A stretch of 64,000 bases of DNA from a virus. This document shows, in pieces, positions 28,268-37,769 of this stretch. The position numbers were made by a program, and so were the translations under genes. The DNA is taken from the IMG/VR virus record IMGVR_UViG_3300033145_002663, positions 1 through 64,000 of that record. One strand, 5' to 3'. The notes beneath the pieces are model-generated. The model was not told where the DNA came from. It was given only the letters and a program-made list of their open reading frames with translations, and searched no databases. The stretch's first letter is position 1, and every line of letters starts with the position of its first letter.

Positions 28268-28403
28268 CTATCTCCTCCTCGTATTTCTTCACCCCTGCCT
28301 TTAAGAACCAAATGATTACCGCCTGCCTCGATATGCATTCTTGCAGGGCTATCTTTTTTAATTTTTCATTTAAATAGTCCGGCAAGTTTAGGTTGATTCT
28401 CAT
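28242..28403 (-). CDS. Ribbon-helix-helix protein (candidate excisionase or regulator)
   Basis: MRINLNLPDYLNEKLKKIALQECISRQAVI RHH pattern; lies between integrase and attP. Confidence 0.6.
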   Translation of the reverse strand: MRINLNLPDYLNEKLKKIALQECISRQAVIIWFLKAGVKKYEEEIDEPGLPRW

Positions 28404-28413
28404 TTTTGTACTC

Positions 28414-28941
28414 CTACTCCTTCGGCAATAAGAACCACCATCCGGTTTTGTCTCGGAGCCTGACACGGATATTCTTTTTCTTCCTATTAATGTTTAAATC
28501 CTGGCTGTAAATATTATCGGTAAGTTTGCTAATTTTATTGCAATAATCTGTTATTGTTTCTGACGCTTTGATATCTGGAAACATAGTGGCGACTGCTGTG
28601 ATATTGTCCGGTAATAACTTAGAAAAGATCTCTTTTTCGTAATTGGGATATTGTTCTGCAAGGTATTGTTTAAAAACAACTGTTAATTCTTCCCGTTTCT
28701 TTCGGTAAACTTCTTTGTCTTGTTCTTTTTCTTTTATCGATTCAATGTCTTCAATTTGAGAAATATAAACATTCCAACAATCTACAATCGTAGCTATAAA
28801 AACAATTATAAAAACAATCGAAGATAGGATTGTAAAGACCGGAATAACGCTATCGCTGCCTTCCCAATCCTTTACATAAGTATAACTACTTAATATATAA
28901 ACAATAGTCCCTAAGCAAAATGTTCCTAACAATTTAATCAT
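28414..28941 (-). CDS. Two-TM membrane protein with coiled coil
   Basis: Two N-terminal hydrophobic helices; directly downstream of the integrase. Confidence 0.65.
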   Translation of the reverse strand: MIKLLGTFCLGTIVYILSSYTYVKDWEGSDSVIPVFTILSSIVFIIVFIATIVDCWNVYISQIEDIESIKEKEQDKEVYRKKREELTVVFKQYLAEQYPNYEKEIFSKLLPDNITAVATMFPDIKASETITDYCNKISKLTDNIYSQDLNINRKKKNIRVRLRDKTGWWFLLPKE

Positions 28942-28944
28942 TTT

Positions 28945-30252
28945 TTATCCTCCATTCCCCGGAAACTTAATCACGTTATTAAAATCCTCAACACAAACCT
29001 TCCTTGCTTCCCTCTGTCGCTTGATCGCGGCTTCCTGCACCTGGCGTTTCTTATCCATGGTGATCTCAGCGTACTGCTCCACGGACTTCCGTGTGGCATG
29101 ATCTGTTAGGATCTGCAGGTCGTCGATCGATCCTCCCTCCTCAATAAAATTCGTACATGCCGTATGTTTTAATCCCTGGTACGTCCAGATACGCCTCACC
29201 CCCGCGTCGTCGCAGGCCTGGTACCACAAATTCCTGAGCGCCTCGAGGGTGTACCTCCGTCCTTTCTTCCGGGCCCGTGGATTTGCAAACAGGAACGGGC
29301 TGTCCGGATCCTGATTTAAAAGCTGCTCGGCAGTTGCTTTGAACCGATCATCGCATGCCACGTAATGAATCTTGGGTTTCTGCCAGTTGGTCTTAACCGA
29401 ATTAACAAGCTGCCTGGCAGATATGGCCCGGTGAACCTTAAAACACTCCGTGAACGGATCGTAATCGATCTTATGCAGGGCGCAGGCCTCACCGAGTCTC
29501 CGGTAGTGCAAATACACCCAGTGAAATATCGGGCGCGTAGTTCCAGGCAGCTTGTTATACACGGCGTCCCATTCTTCCCGTGTGAGCCACTGAATTTCAG
29601 GCTTTTGGAGGTTGTAGTCCTCAAGTGTAGGGAAGGGCGGAACCACCGAGATACGCTTGGATCTGCGGGCGTAGAGCATCATTTTCTTTAAGGTGCTCAT
29701 AATGTTCAGAGCGGTCTTATCAATATTGCCCTCCGGGTTCTTTCGTCTAAGCCGATCAAGGATGTAATTTAAAAACGACATCAGAATATCATGCTCGATC
29801 TCATGCAGCCGAACCGGGTGCTTGGAGAAGAAAGGTTCGATCCAGGTGCGGGCATATGATTGATACGCTTTTATCGTGGCCGGCTTACGGCGTTTGGCCA
29901 CGACGTCATTGATAAACGTATGGTAATACTCGATGGTGTCCGTCCAGCCGTCCTGTGTGAACTCCTCGATCCTGAAGACGCACTCGCCCTTCTTCGCTTG
30001 CTCAGCGCGTCCCTGCATGAGAGAGCGGAGTTTTCTGGCCAGCTCGTACCCTTTGCACTTATCCTTGTCCGGTACCGGGCGCCCATTATTAAGAACAATC
30101 GTGCCGCTGCGCATCTTAAACGCGGTGCAGGGCATGTGGCCACCCTTGTATTTTGTGATCCAGCGGTTCTTATTTTTCTTCGTGGACTTTTCATCATACC
30201 AAATCACGGCCCACCGGTTCCGGTCAGCCTGATATTGAATTGAGCCTTTCAT
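28945..30252 (-). CDS. int: Tyrosine integrase with atypical catalytic motif
   Basis: HYRRLGEACAL (Arg I), YQGLKH (in place of HxLRH), LTDHATRKSVEQY (Tyr); SD GGGAGG before ATG 30252; near attP. Confidence 0.9.
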   Translation of the reverse strand: MKGSIQYQADRNRWAVIWYDEKSTKKNKNRWITKYKGGHMPCTAFKMRSGTIVLNNGRPVPDKDKCKGYELARKLRSLMQGRAEQAKKGECVFRIEEFTQDGWTDTIEYYHTFINDVVAKRRKPATIKAYQSYARTWIEPFFSKHPVRLHEIEHDILMSFLNYILDRLRRKNPEGNIDKTALNIMSTLKKMMLYARRSKRISVVPPFPTLEDYNLQKPEIQWLTREEWDAVYNKLPGTTRPIFHWVYLHYRRLGEACALHKIDYDPFTECFKVHRAISARQLVNSVKTNWQKPKIHYVACDDRFKATAEQLLNQDPDSPFLFANPRARKKGRRYTLEALRNLWYQACDDAGVRRIWTYQGLKHTACTNFIEEGGSIDDLQILTDHATRKSVEQYAEITMDKKRQVQEAAIKRQREARKVCVEDFNNVIKFPGNGG

Positions 30253-30299
30253 AACATAATCCTCCCTGAAGGGAAGATTATCATATATTTGATTCTTAA

Positions 30300-30890
30300 T
30301 CAATATTTCGTCAACGTTAAATTTAAATATTTTTTTCTGGCGTTATATTCCATCCTATTTATACAAAACCCATCTGTGTTTGCATAATCCACATCAAAGG
30401 AAATCTTGGCGGTACTGGATACAGGCAGTCTTGTTAAAATCTTTTTAAATTCTAATACGGTTAAATTTTTCTTTCCCAATGAGTTCCTTCCGTTTAATAC
30501 GAAGTTTATGTAGTTTTTATTATTGTCAATTAGTTCAATTATGCCTATATTATCTTCATTAAAGAAAATTTCTGTATCATCAGGCATTTGGTTTAAAATT
30601 GCTTTAAGATTCATTACTGTTAAAACGCGGTTAATTTCTTTTACAAATCCTTTTTTAGAGCGAATATAATTAAGCAATTCATCAGAAAGCTTAAACCATT
30701 CACCACGAATTTTTAAATGATGAAACTGTTGATGTAATTTCATTTCATCATTTTTATTACCATTAATTGTTTTGAGTAATTTTAATTTAGAAGGAGTCCC
30801 TATTTGCAATTCAGCCAATCTTTTTTTTGGACTTTGTGATGTTCCGATTTTAATATCACCATTTTGACCATTTTGAATAAAATAAATCAT
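30300..30890 (-). CDS. GIY-YIG (T5orf172 / MUG113-like) domain protein
   Basis: MIYFIQ...IKIGTSQSPKKRLAELQIG...LHQQF...RGEWF. Confidence 0.85.
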   Translation of the reverse strand: MIYFIQNGQNGDIKIGTSQSPKKRLAELQIGTPSKLKLLKTINGNKNDEMKLHQQFHHLKIRGEWFKLSDELLNYIRSKKGFVKEINRVLTVMNLKAILNQMPDDTEIFFNEDNIGIIELIDNNKNYINFVLNGRNSLGKKNLTVLEFKKILTRLPVSSTAKISFDVDYANTDGFCINRMEYNARKKYLNLTLTKY

Positions 30891-30891
30891 G

Positions 30892-31383
30892 TTACATCCC
30901 CGGCAACTTCTGCTGCGAGTTTTTAATTGACTCATATTTAGTGGCCACCAATATCCCCACCCGGTCCCGCCAGCGGGGATCGTCCTCATTTAAATTAACC
31001 TCACTGTGAAAATCCTCGATCGAATGCGGGCGCAGTTTGTACGGACTCTTGGATTCGATCTCTATGTGCGTATGCCTGAGCTCGTGCCGGATAATCCGAA
31101 CACGATCCAAATCCTCGATGTTGTTCCACATCACCTTGTCCAGGTACATGATATAATCGTAGCCGGTGTCGGACCCGGATTCGTCAATAGTCAGGTGCCG
31201 GGTGAGATCATTGGTTTTTGTAATTCTGCCCAGGGTAATTGTGTCTCCGGTTTTACGTTCTTTGAGATCCATGAGTATCAGGATCTTGCAATCACCGAGC
31301 TCTTTAAAATGGCTTCCAATTAGCAAGCGCATGAGATCATACGCGTGCTCCGGGGCGTCTTCGAATCTGATGTCTACATCCAT
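30892..31383 (-). CDS. Putative phage metallopeptidase
   Basis: IIRHELRH (HExxH) followed by LRPHSIEDF. Confidence 0.75.
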   Translation of the reverse strand: MDVDIRFEDAPEHAYDLMRLLIGSHFKELGDCKILILMDLKERKTGDTITLGRITKTNDLTRHLTIDESGSDTGYDYIMYLDKVMWNNIEDLDRVRIIRHELRHTHIEIESKSPYKLRPHSIEDFHSEVNLNEDDPRWRDRVGILVATKYESIKNSQQKLPGM

Positions 31384-31539
31384 GTTAATCCTCCTTTCTT
31401 TCTCGTTCAATACCAGCGATGACCGCTTCATATGACCGATTATAAATTTCGGTAAATTCCGGTGACGGCCAGTTTAAATATTTTCTGATGGCCTCTGCCA
31501 CTGGCTCCATTATTTTATAAATATTGTAAGTGTCTTCCA

Positions 31540-32268
31540 TTATTTAACCTCCAAAAACTCCTTCGCAGCCTCACGGCCATTATTATAAAGCGATTCCTTC
31601 TGATCATCGGTCAGGTCAAAGTCCGTGGCCATAATATCCATGACCGGGATATAAATTATCTTTCTCACGGTTTTCGGCAGGTGCTCTTTGTGAATACGCT
31701 GGGCATCCACATAGTTGAAGTGGGCCAGGAACAGGTCTTTTATGGTGGGGTTGTCCGTATTTTTCAGATAGCACTTGGGGCGTTCATCCATATACATGAA
31801 CAGTCCAAATGTTGGGATGTCCGTGGTTTTATTGAGACCGTCTGTATTATTATTTAGACCGCCGATATAGGGGAAATTACTGCATATGGTGCCGTCGGTA
31901 GGAAGTTTACAACTTCTTTCTAAAGCATTATACATAGGAAAATCACTTTGGTAGTCCTGTATTTCGCTTTTGTATATTGATAAATCGCTTATAAAAACTT
32001 GGAAATCTTTTGGCCATGTCCATCCCAATCCTTCTTGAAGAAGAACAAGCTCAACAAATCTGTATGGCGTTATTGGCCTTTTATTTAATAATTTAGGATT
32101 ATATTTATTAAATATTCCCGTCTTAACCAACGCCCCAACAACAGCGCCGGCAGAAACGCCGGCGAAGTTTTTAATCTCATATTGTTTTTGAATTTCCTCA
32201 ATTGCTCCCGCGAAAGCGTACAGCCCGCGAGCCCCGCATCCATCAGCTACGATGTTGCATTGCTTCAT
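31540..32268 (-). CDS. Patatin-like phospholipase
   Basis: DGCGARG oxyanion loop, GVSAG nucleophile, DG..CSNFP, C-terminal LYNNGREAAKEFL. Confidence 0.8.
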   Translation of the reverse strand: MKQCNIVADGCGARGLYAFAGAIEEIQKQYEIKNFAGVSAGAVVGALVKTGIFNKYNPKLLNKRPITPYRFVELVLLQEGLGWTWPKDFQVFISDLSIYKSEIQDYQSDFPMYNALERSCKLPTDGTICSNFPYIGGLNNNTDGLNKTTDIPTFGLFMYMDERPKCYLKNTDNPTIKDLFLAHFNYVDAQRIHKEHLPKTVRKIIYIPVMDIMATDFDLTDDQKESLYNNGREAAKEFLEVK

Positions 32269-32281
32269 GAAGTCTCTCCTA

Positions 32282-32584
32282 TTATTTTTCTGAGGGCCAA
32301 GTTATTTTAGTGAAGACAGCAACTCCATTTTTCAATTTACATTCGCCCGACCAAGACTTCATGACAATTTCCGCTGGGATACCTCTATTTTGCTCATAAG
32401 CACTTAAGCAATTGTGTAGTTCTTCAGCCAGCATCAGACCGGCATCAAGAAGAATTTTTGCAAACTGCTCTTCTTCCGAGGTTAATTCTTTACGCTTTTC
32501 AAATTCTTCTTTGATACCTTCAAAAGATAAACTCGCATCCTGAACCCCGATACCACTTATTTCTATTCTTTTTTCTTCGCTCAT
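32282..32584 (-). CDS. Hypothetical protein
   Basis: ORF with SD GGAGG. Confidence 0.6.
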   Translation of the reverse strand: MSEEKRIEISGIGVQDASLSFEGIKEEFEKRKELTSEEEQFAKILLDAGLMLAEELHNCLSAYEQNRGIPAEIVMKSWSGECKLKNGVAVFTKITWPSEK

Positions 32585-32601
32585 GCTACCTCCTTATGAG
32601 T

Positions 32602-33261
32602 TTATTCAAGACTTTCAGCGTGCCTAACAATATATTCTTCAAGGCCGGAAATATTATAACGTTCCGACAATACTCTGATAAGATCATTCTCATGGATTTT
32701 GTTACCATCACTATCTTTAACAAACATACTGCTATGTTTTAGGCATTTGGATTTTGGATCGATGAAGAAGGATTTATTTTTTGCCTTGATTGCTTTCTTG
32801 AGAGGTTTTTCAAGACGCTCCTTCTGTTTTTTGATTGATCTAAAACCGTCATTTGAAAATGCAAGGGCTATTTCAGAATTGTCCATGTCTTCCAATTTTT
32901 TAGTGATTGATGTAATGTTGTCACCTATAATGACTGCAAGGGGAATCTGTTTCTCTCCGGTTACAACTGCTAACTGATCTTGCCTGGAGATATGCTCAAG
33001 TTTTTTAAGTAAGGGTTTATTAGTAAAGAATTTTATAAAAGCTTTTTCATGGAGCAATCCACTGCCAATGCTTTGCAGCCACCTGCGCCATTTCAGTTGT
33101 GGCTCCCTTCCCATCTGAATTAATCTGACAGTAATTTTAGCTGCACGACAAATTGTCCTTTCAGTTAATCCAAGACATTTTGCAAGCTCGGCTTCCAATT
33201 GCTCTGCGTTCATTCCATCAATGTCGCTATCAGGATTGATTGGTTGTACTTGTGTTTCCAT
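32602..33261 (-). CDS. Hypothetical protein
   Basis: ORF with SD GGAGG. Confidence 0.65.
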   Translation of the reverse strand: METQVQPINPDSDIDGMNAEQLEAELAKCLGLTERTICRAAKITVRLIQMGREPQLKWRRWLQSIGSGLLHEKAFIKFFTNKPLLKKLEHISRQDQLAVVTGEKQIPLAVIIGDNITSITKKLEDMDNSEIALAFSNDGFRSIKKQKERLEKPLKKAIKAKNKSFFIDPKSKCLKHSSMFVKDSDGNKIHENDLIRVLSERYNISGLEEYIVRHAESLE

Positions 33262-34114
33262 TTAATTCCTCCTTACATAAAATATAATACATTAAAATTT
33301 CATCTTCTTTAATTTTTCTTAAATAATTTTTCTTGTATGTAGATTCCTTAGAAATACCCCCCTTCCAATTTCCTGAACCTCCATTGGCCTGATATCTCCC
33401 ATTGCATTTTGCAGAACAACAAAAGTTTTTATTTCTTTTCTCTTGGCATGGTGTAATATATTTTGTTTTTCCACAAACAACGCATGGCACTTCCTTTCCT
33501 GTTTGCATTTTTTCGCCCTGTCGCTTTGATGAACAAATTTTGCATGTACCTCCACGCCTTATAACAGAGAGATATGCATCCCATTTTTCCCCACATTTGC
33601 ATATTACTAGGATTTTAGTTTCGTAGTTTACATATGGCCCAATAAACTTATGTCCCATTTTTTCGATTTCATTTTTTACATTTTCCTCACTTAACATATG
33701 GGTGTAGCAATTTTTTCCTTTACGCCATTCGTAATGACATTTTTGAGAACAAAAGTTGTTTCTTCTGATTCCGATTTCACACTTATGTTTTTCGAATAAC
33801 TTTTTGCAATTTTTACATTCCACTTTGATCTTTGTTTTGCGAAATTCACCGTTGCATTTTTGAGAACAGAATATTTTTTGGTTTTTATGAATGTTTTTTG
33901 CATATTTTACTTTTGGCCTCAGAAAAAAGCGTTGACAATTTTCGCATCTTAATTTTACTTTATTTCTTTCTAAAGATTTTTTATTCATAATTCGTTTGCA
34001 TTTCAAACATTCATGCTTACGAATCCACCTCAAACTCTTCCCCGTTCCCTCATAATCATGCCCCCGCTTGCAGAGAGTCCCGAGATAATATTTTGATTCG
34101 TCGAAGGGGTTCAT
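33230..34114 (-). CDS. Multi-zinc-finger protein (CxxC...FCS..C repeats), homing-endonuclease-associated type
   Basis: Three CxxC...FCSQKC / CCSAKC units, a YVNYETKILVICKCG unit and NWKGG; AT-rich. Confidence 0.7.
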   Translation of the reverse strand: MNPFDESKYYLGTLCKRGHDYEGTGKSLRWIRKHECLKCKRIMNKKSLERNKVKLRCENCQRFFLRPKVKYAKNIHKNQKIFCSQKCNGEFRKTKIKVECKNCKKLFEKHKCEIGIRRNNFCSQKCHYEWRKGKNCYTHMLSEENVKNEIEKMGHKFIGPYVNYETKILVICKCGEKWDAYLSVIRRGGTCKICSSKRQGEKMQTGKEVPCVVCGKTKYITPCQEKRNKNFCCSAKCNGRYQANGGSGNWKGGISKESTYKKNYLRKIKEDEILMYYILCKEELNGNTSTTNQS

Positions 34115-34392
34115 TCCTCTCCCAACAATACCTTGCTTATATATAAACATTCGAGTTTTGTTTTAAGATCAGCGAAATTTTCATCATCGGAACACACCCG
34201 TATTAACTGCTTAATAATATTACGGGTTACTGTACCCGTGATGTAATCCAAATAGCGCCCATTGTGGAATAAATAATAGCCGTTACCACGCTTTTTAAAC
34301 TTATATACTTCCTTGTTCAAAAATTGATCGAGAAAATTATGAAACGTATCTTCATCATCATCATTAACTTTAAATATGTATCCTGGTTTCAT
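34111..34392 (-). CDS. Hypothetical protein, paralog of 51960..52376
   Basis: PGYIFKV and VTRN.IK.L.RVCSDDE...LLGEE are shared. Confidence 0.65.
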   Translation of the reverse strand: MKPGYIFKVNDDDEDTFHNFLDQFLNKEVYKFKKRGNGYYLFHNGRYLDYITGTVTRNIIKQLIRVCSDDENFADLKTKLECLYISKVLLGEE

Positions 34393-34693
34393 TTTAACCT
34401 TTTTTGATGTTATCATTCCTTTTTGAGCCAAAGCGAATGGCATTGCTATTTTTATGATTTTCGATCCATGTGGTCTATGTCCTCCAACCATTACGACGCT
34501 CCTTATTTGATCGATACAAAAATATGAGGATGATTGAGTCTTTGTAAATCGATAATGCAGTTTTTTTTAATCATTGACGTTCCTTTCATGATTGTGTTCG
34601 CCCCTGCCATATGGCAGAAAGAACACCGCGCAAAAGCAGGGGCGAACGGTTGGAGGATTGTTGCGCGATGTTCAATTTTAAATAGTTTAATAA

Positions 34694-34711
34694 TGAATTT
34701 TAGTCAAGTAA
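34694..34711 (-). promoter_or_regulatory. Promoter/operator motif copy 1 (TTACTTGACTAAAATTCA)
   Basis: Four-copy motif containing a TTGACT -35-like hexamer; heads the leftward lysogeny operon. Confidence 0.65.
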
Positions 34712-34722
34712 AAAATGAAGAT

Positions 34723-35106
34723 TTATGGAAGTTTTTTTAGAAGAATTATAAAATGATCGTAAAGCGGTGCGACATAGAACATTGTTTTCATTGAAGTCGC
34801 GCAGATAGTGGTTCGGGTGGTTCGGGCAGTATTAACCGGGCAGCCGGCACAATCATCGTTGCGGCGTTGATAACACCCCTTACGGTTTGACCATAACACA
34901 TTGCCCCCGGTGTCCTGAAGAATGATAACGTCTCTCTTTAAATTAAAAAGAATGTCAAGAGGATATATAATATTATTACAGGTAATATATTTTGGAATTT
35001 TAAGTTCATACAAAAATGATAGAGCAGTATGTTTAATAAATAGCTGGTCTTGAGTTTGAACAGCTTCCCGGAAGATTTGATACCGGCAATTTATTGTAGA
35101 TATCAT
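34723..35106 (-). CDS. Hypothetical protein downstream of the repressor
   Basis: 127-aa ORF with a CYQ...CAGCPV motif resembling a PAS-like fragment. Confidence 0.5.
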   Translation of the reverse strand: MISTINCRYQIFREAVQTQDQLFIKHTALSFLYELKIPKYITCNNIIYPLDILFNLKRDVIILQDTGGNVLWSNRKGCYQRRNDDCAGCPVNTARTTRTTICATSMKTMFYVAPLYDHFIILLKKLP

Positions 35107-35154
35107 AAACCATCTCCTGAATTTTTAAGAAAAAGAAAAATATTACAGGAGAAT

Positions 35155-35526
35155 TTACGCTATGTCGACTTTCTTTATATACTGTTCCATCTTTTTAAAT
35201 GTAAATTTAATCAGCTCGGGATCTTTAATTTTAGCTGCCAGATTTATAGATTCCAGATAGTGTCCTAATTTTGGAAAATATTCAAGCGCCTCTTTGCTGA
35301 CGAGAAAACCGTCGGTGTTATCGTCGTTATGATCCAAATCAATCCCCAGTTCAGCGCTGATATCTTTTAATTCCTGTAATGTCGGTTTTTGAATCCCCGC
35401 CTCGATTTTGCGCATCTTTACGTGCGGTGCGTTCAGTTTCGGGAAAAGTTTTTCCCCAAGCATTTTCTGTGTCCAACCTTTCCGGCTCCTGTGCAGCGCG
35501 ATGAGCTCTCCCTGTTTTAATTTCAT
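35155..35526 (-). CDS. XRE-family HTH repressor (CI-like)
   Basis: IALHRSRKGWTQKMLGEKL...KIEAGIQKPTLQELKDISAELG; divergent from a Cro-like gene. Confidence 0.85.
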   Translation of the reverse strand: MKLKQGELIALHRSRKGWTQKMLGEKLFPKLNAPHVKMRKIEAGIQKPTLQELKDISAELGIDLDHNDDNTDGFLVSKEALEYFPKLGHYLESINLAAKIKDPELIKFTFKKMEQYIKKVDIA

Positions 35527-35552
35527 GTTACCCCCCACTTTTTGTTTAAAAA

Positions 35553-35570
35553 TTACTTGACTAAAGTTCA
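35553..35570 (+). promoter_or_regulatory. Promoter/operator motif copy 2 (TTACTTGACTAAAGTTCA)
   Basis: In the repressor/cro intergenic region; 26/29 match to copy 1 when extended. Confidence 0.7.
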
Positions 35571-35620
35571 AAATTAAACTAAAAAAGTTTAAAAATAAAC
35601 TTTTACGGAGACTGAATTAA

Positions 35621-35875
35621 ATGACAATCGATGATTATTTGAAATCAACAAAGTTAAAAGCCCTTGAATTTGCTAAAAGAATCAACCGCCACCCATCCTA
35701 CGTCTCTAAACTAAAAAAGAAAAAAATTGTTCCTTCGCTTCTGGAAGCTTTAGTTATTTTTAAAGTGTCCGACGGCCATATCAATATCGAAGATATGGTC
35801 CATACAAAACATCTAAAAGCTCACGGCTTACTCAAAAGCGACAGTTCCGCTGTTATTAAATTAATACAGAATTGA
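35621..35875 (+). CDS. Cro-like HTH protein
   Basis: MTIDDYLK...EFAKRINRHPSYVSKL...PSL HTH pattern. Confidence 0.8.
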   Translation: MTIDDYLKSTKLKALEFAKRINRHPSYVSKLKKKKIVPSLLEALVIFKVSDGHINIEDMVHTKHLKAHGLLKSDSSAVIKLIQN

Positions 35876-35890
35876 ATATAAGTCAAGTAA
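35873..35890 (-). promoter_or_regulatory. Promoter/operator motif copy 3 (TTACTTGACTTATATTCA)
   Basis: At the cro stop codon, oriented antisense to cro. Confidence 0.55.
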
Positions 35891-35914
35891 AAAAGTGAAC
35901 AATAGGGTTGTTTT

Positions 35915-37324
35915 ATGACGAAGCTTTGGAAGCATCAGGAAGAAGCGGTGAACCTCGCCTTGCCACATCCAAGTTATATGTTCGCGCATGACATGGGAGT
36001 GGGAAAGTCACTCGAAACGATTGAATACGCCAATCGCATCGAGGCTAAATTAATTTTAATCCTGTGTCCAAAATCCGTGATGGACGTATGGCCGAATCAA
36101 TTCTGGCAGCACTCTAAGATTATTAAGTGGGATTGCTTAATCCTAAATAAAGGGTCTGTCAAGAAAAAAGCTCAAACTTTAACCAATGCTCTGAATCTAC
36201 AAAAGCTCACCAAAAAACATCTGGCCGTAATTGTCAATTATGAATCGGCCTGGCGATCGGGACTCGGACCGGATTATAACAAAAAAAACCGTATCATAAA
36301 TAAAGGTGTGATTTTATCCACGCTCTGGGATCTGGTTGTGGCTGACGAATCCCACAGATTAAAATCCCCATCTTCAAAAGCTTCCTGGTTCGCCTACCAA
36401 ATCACCAAGAATAAAAAAGCAAAGCGTCGGTTATGCCTGACGGGTACGCCTCTCCCGCATGGGCCATTGGATATATACGGCCAATATCGGTTCATGGACT
36501 TTTCCATATTCAACCGGAACTTCACTCAGTTTAGAAATCGCTACGCCATCATTCGGGACATGGGCGACTTTAAAAAGGTGGTCGGGTATCAGCGCGAAGA
36601 AGAAATGAACGCGTTAATTTACAGCCGGGCGCATCGGGTAATGAAACGGGACGTGCTGGATCTGCCACCGGTCATGCACGAGCAACGCACCTGTCAATTA
36701 TCTTCAAAAGCTCAGAAAATATACAACGAGCTTGAAACCGAGTTTGTGGCGTGGATAGAAGAGCAGGGCGATAAGGTTACGGTAACCAATGTTCTTACCA
36801 AGCTGCTTCGATTAGGCCAGATCACCGGCGGGTTCCTACAGATGGATTCCGGTGAGTCGGAAATCGTATGCAACAATAAAATATCGCTGCTTGAAGATAT
36901 CTTTGAAGACCTCCCACCGAACGAACCGGTTGTTGTATTTGCCCGGTTCACCAATGAAATTCAGCGCGTAAAACAACTGGCCGAAAAAATGAAGCGATCG
37001 GCAGCGGAACTATCCGGCCAAATGAACCAGCTCAAAGAATGGCAGAAGGGCGGGTTTAATATTCTTGCAACTCAGATTCGTGCAGGGGGTGTGGGCATTG
37101 ATCTAACCCGCGCGCATTATTGTGTGTATTTTTCCACGGGTTACAGCCTCGGGGATTACGAGCAATCACTGGCCAGGCAGGATCGACCGGGGCAGATCGA
37201 GAATGTCATGTACTATCACCTGCTGGCTGAAAAAACCGTGGACATAGACGTGTATAACAGCCTGTCAAAGAAGAAGGAAATTGTAGAGTATGTGCTCAAA
37301 CAACGGAGGAAAGGAGGTGTGTGA
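35915..37324 (+). CDS. SNF2-family (SF2) helicase
   Basis: DMGVGKS, VADESH, LTGTP, GGVGIDLT, QSLARQDRPGQ. Confidence 0.92.
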   Translation: MTKLWKHQEEAVNLALPHPSYMFAHDMGVGKSLETIEYANRIEAKLILILCPKSVMDVWPNQFWQHSKIIKWDCLILNKGSVKKKAQTLTNALNLQKLTKKHLAVIVNYESAWRSGLGPDYNKKNRIINKGVILSTLWDLVVADESHRLKSPSSKASWFAYQITKNKKAKRRLCLTGTPLPHGPLDIYGQYRFMDFSIFNRNFTQFRNRYAIIRDMGDFKKVVGYQREEEMNALIYSRAHRVMKRDVLDLPPVMHEQRTCQLSSKAQKIYNELETEFVAWIEEQGDKVTVTNVLTKLLRLGQITGGFLQMDSGESEIVCNNKISLLEDIFEDLPPNEPVVVFARFTNEIQRVKQLAEKMKRSAAELSGQMNQLKEWQKGGFNILATQIRAGGVGIDLTRAHYCVYFSTGYSLGDYEQSLARQDRPGQIENVMYYHLLAEKTVDIDVYNSLSKKKEIVEYVLKQRRKGGV

Positions 37325-37750
37325 ATGACAGATCAAAACGGTATGGGCGTTGACCTGGAAATGCTAACCGAATTCGCAAAGCTGGACTTGCAGCTGAAAG
37401 AATTCGAGATGAAAGTTAAATCCATAAAAAACGTCAAGTCAAAACTGGAAGCACCATTGCTGGAGCAGATGGCTAACTCGGGGGTGAATTCAATGAACCT
37501 GGAAGGGCTGGGAACCCTATACATCCGGTGCACAGTCTGGCCGAAGTTTAAAGACGGCAAGACCCGGGCTGATGTGGTGGCCGCTATGAAAGAAGACGGT
37601 ATCAGCGAGGACTTTCTAAAAGAGGATTACAACGCCAATTCTTTCGCGGCATATGTCCGTGAGATTGAGAACACCGGCGAAGAATTCCCGGAGCATCTGG
37701 CAACGGTGGTGGAAGCATCAGAGAAGTTCAATCTTATCCGATTGAAATAA
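37325..37750 (+). CDS. Conserved phage replication-module protein
   Basis: Coiled coil, then GVNSMNLEGLGTLY; position in the replication cluster. Confidence 0.6.
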   Translation: MTDQNGMGVDLEMLTEFAKLDLQLKEFEMKVKSIKNVKSKLEAPLLEQMANSGVNSMNLEGLGTLYIRCTVWPKFKDGKTRADVVAAMKEDGISEDFLKEDYNANSFAAYVREIENTGEEFPEHLATVVEASEKFNLIRLK

Positions 37751-37769
37751 CAAGGAGGAAAAGAAAAAA

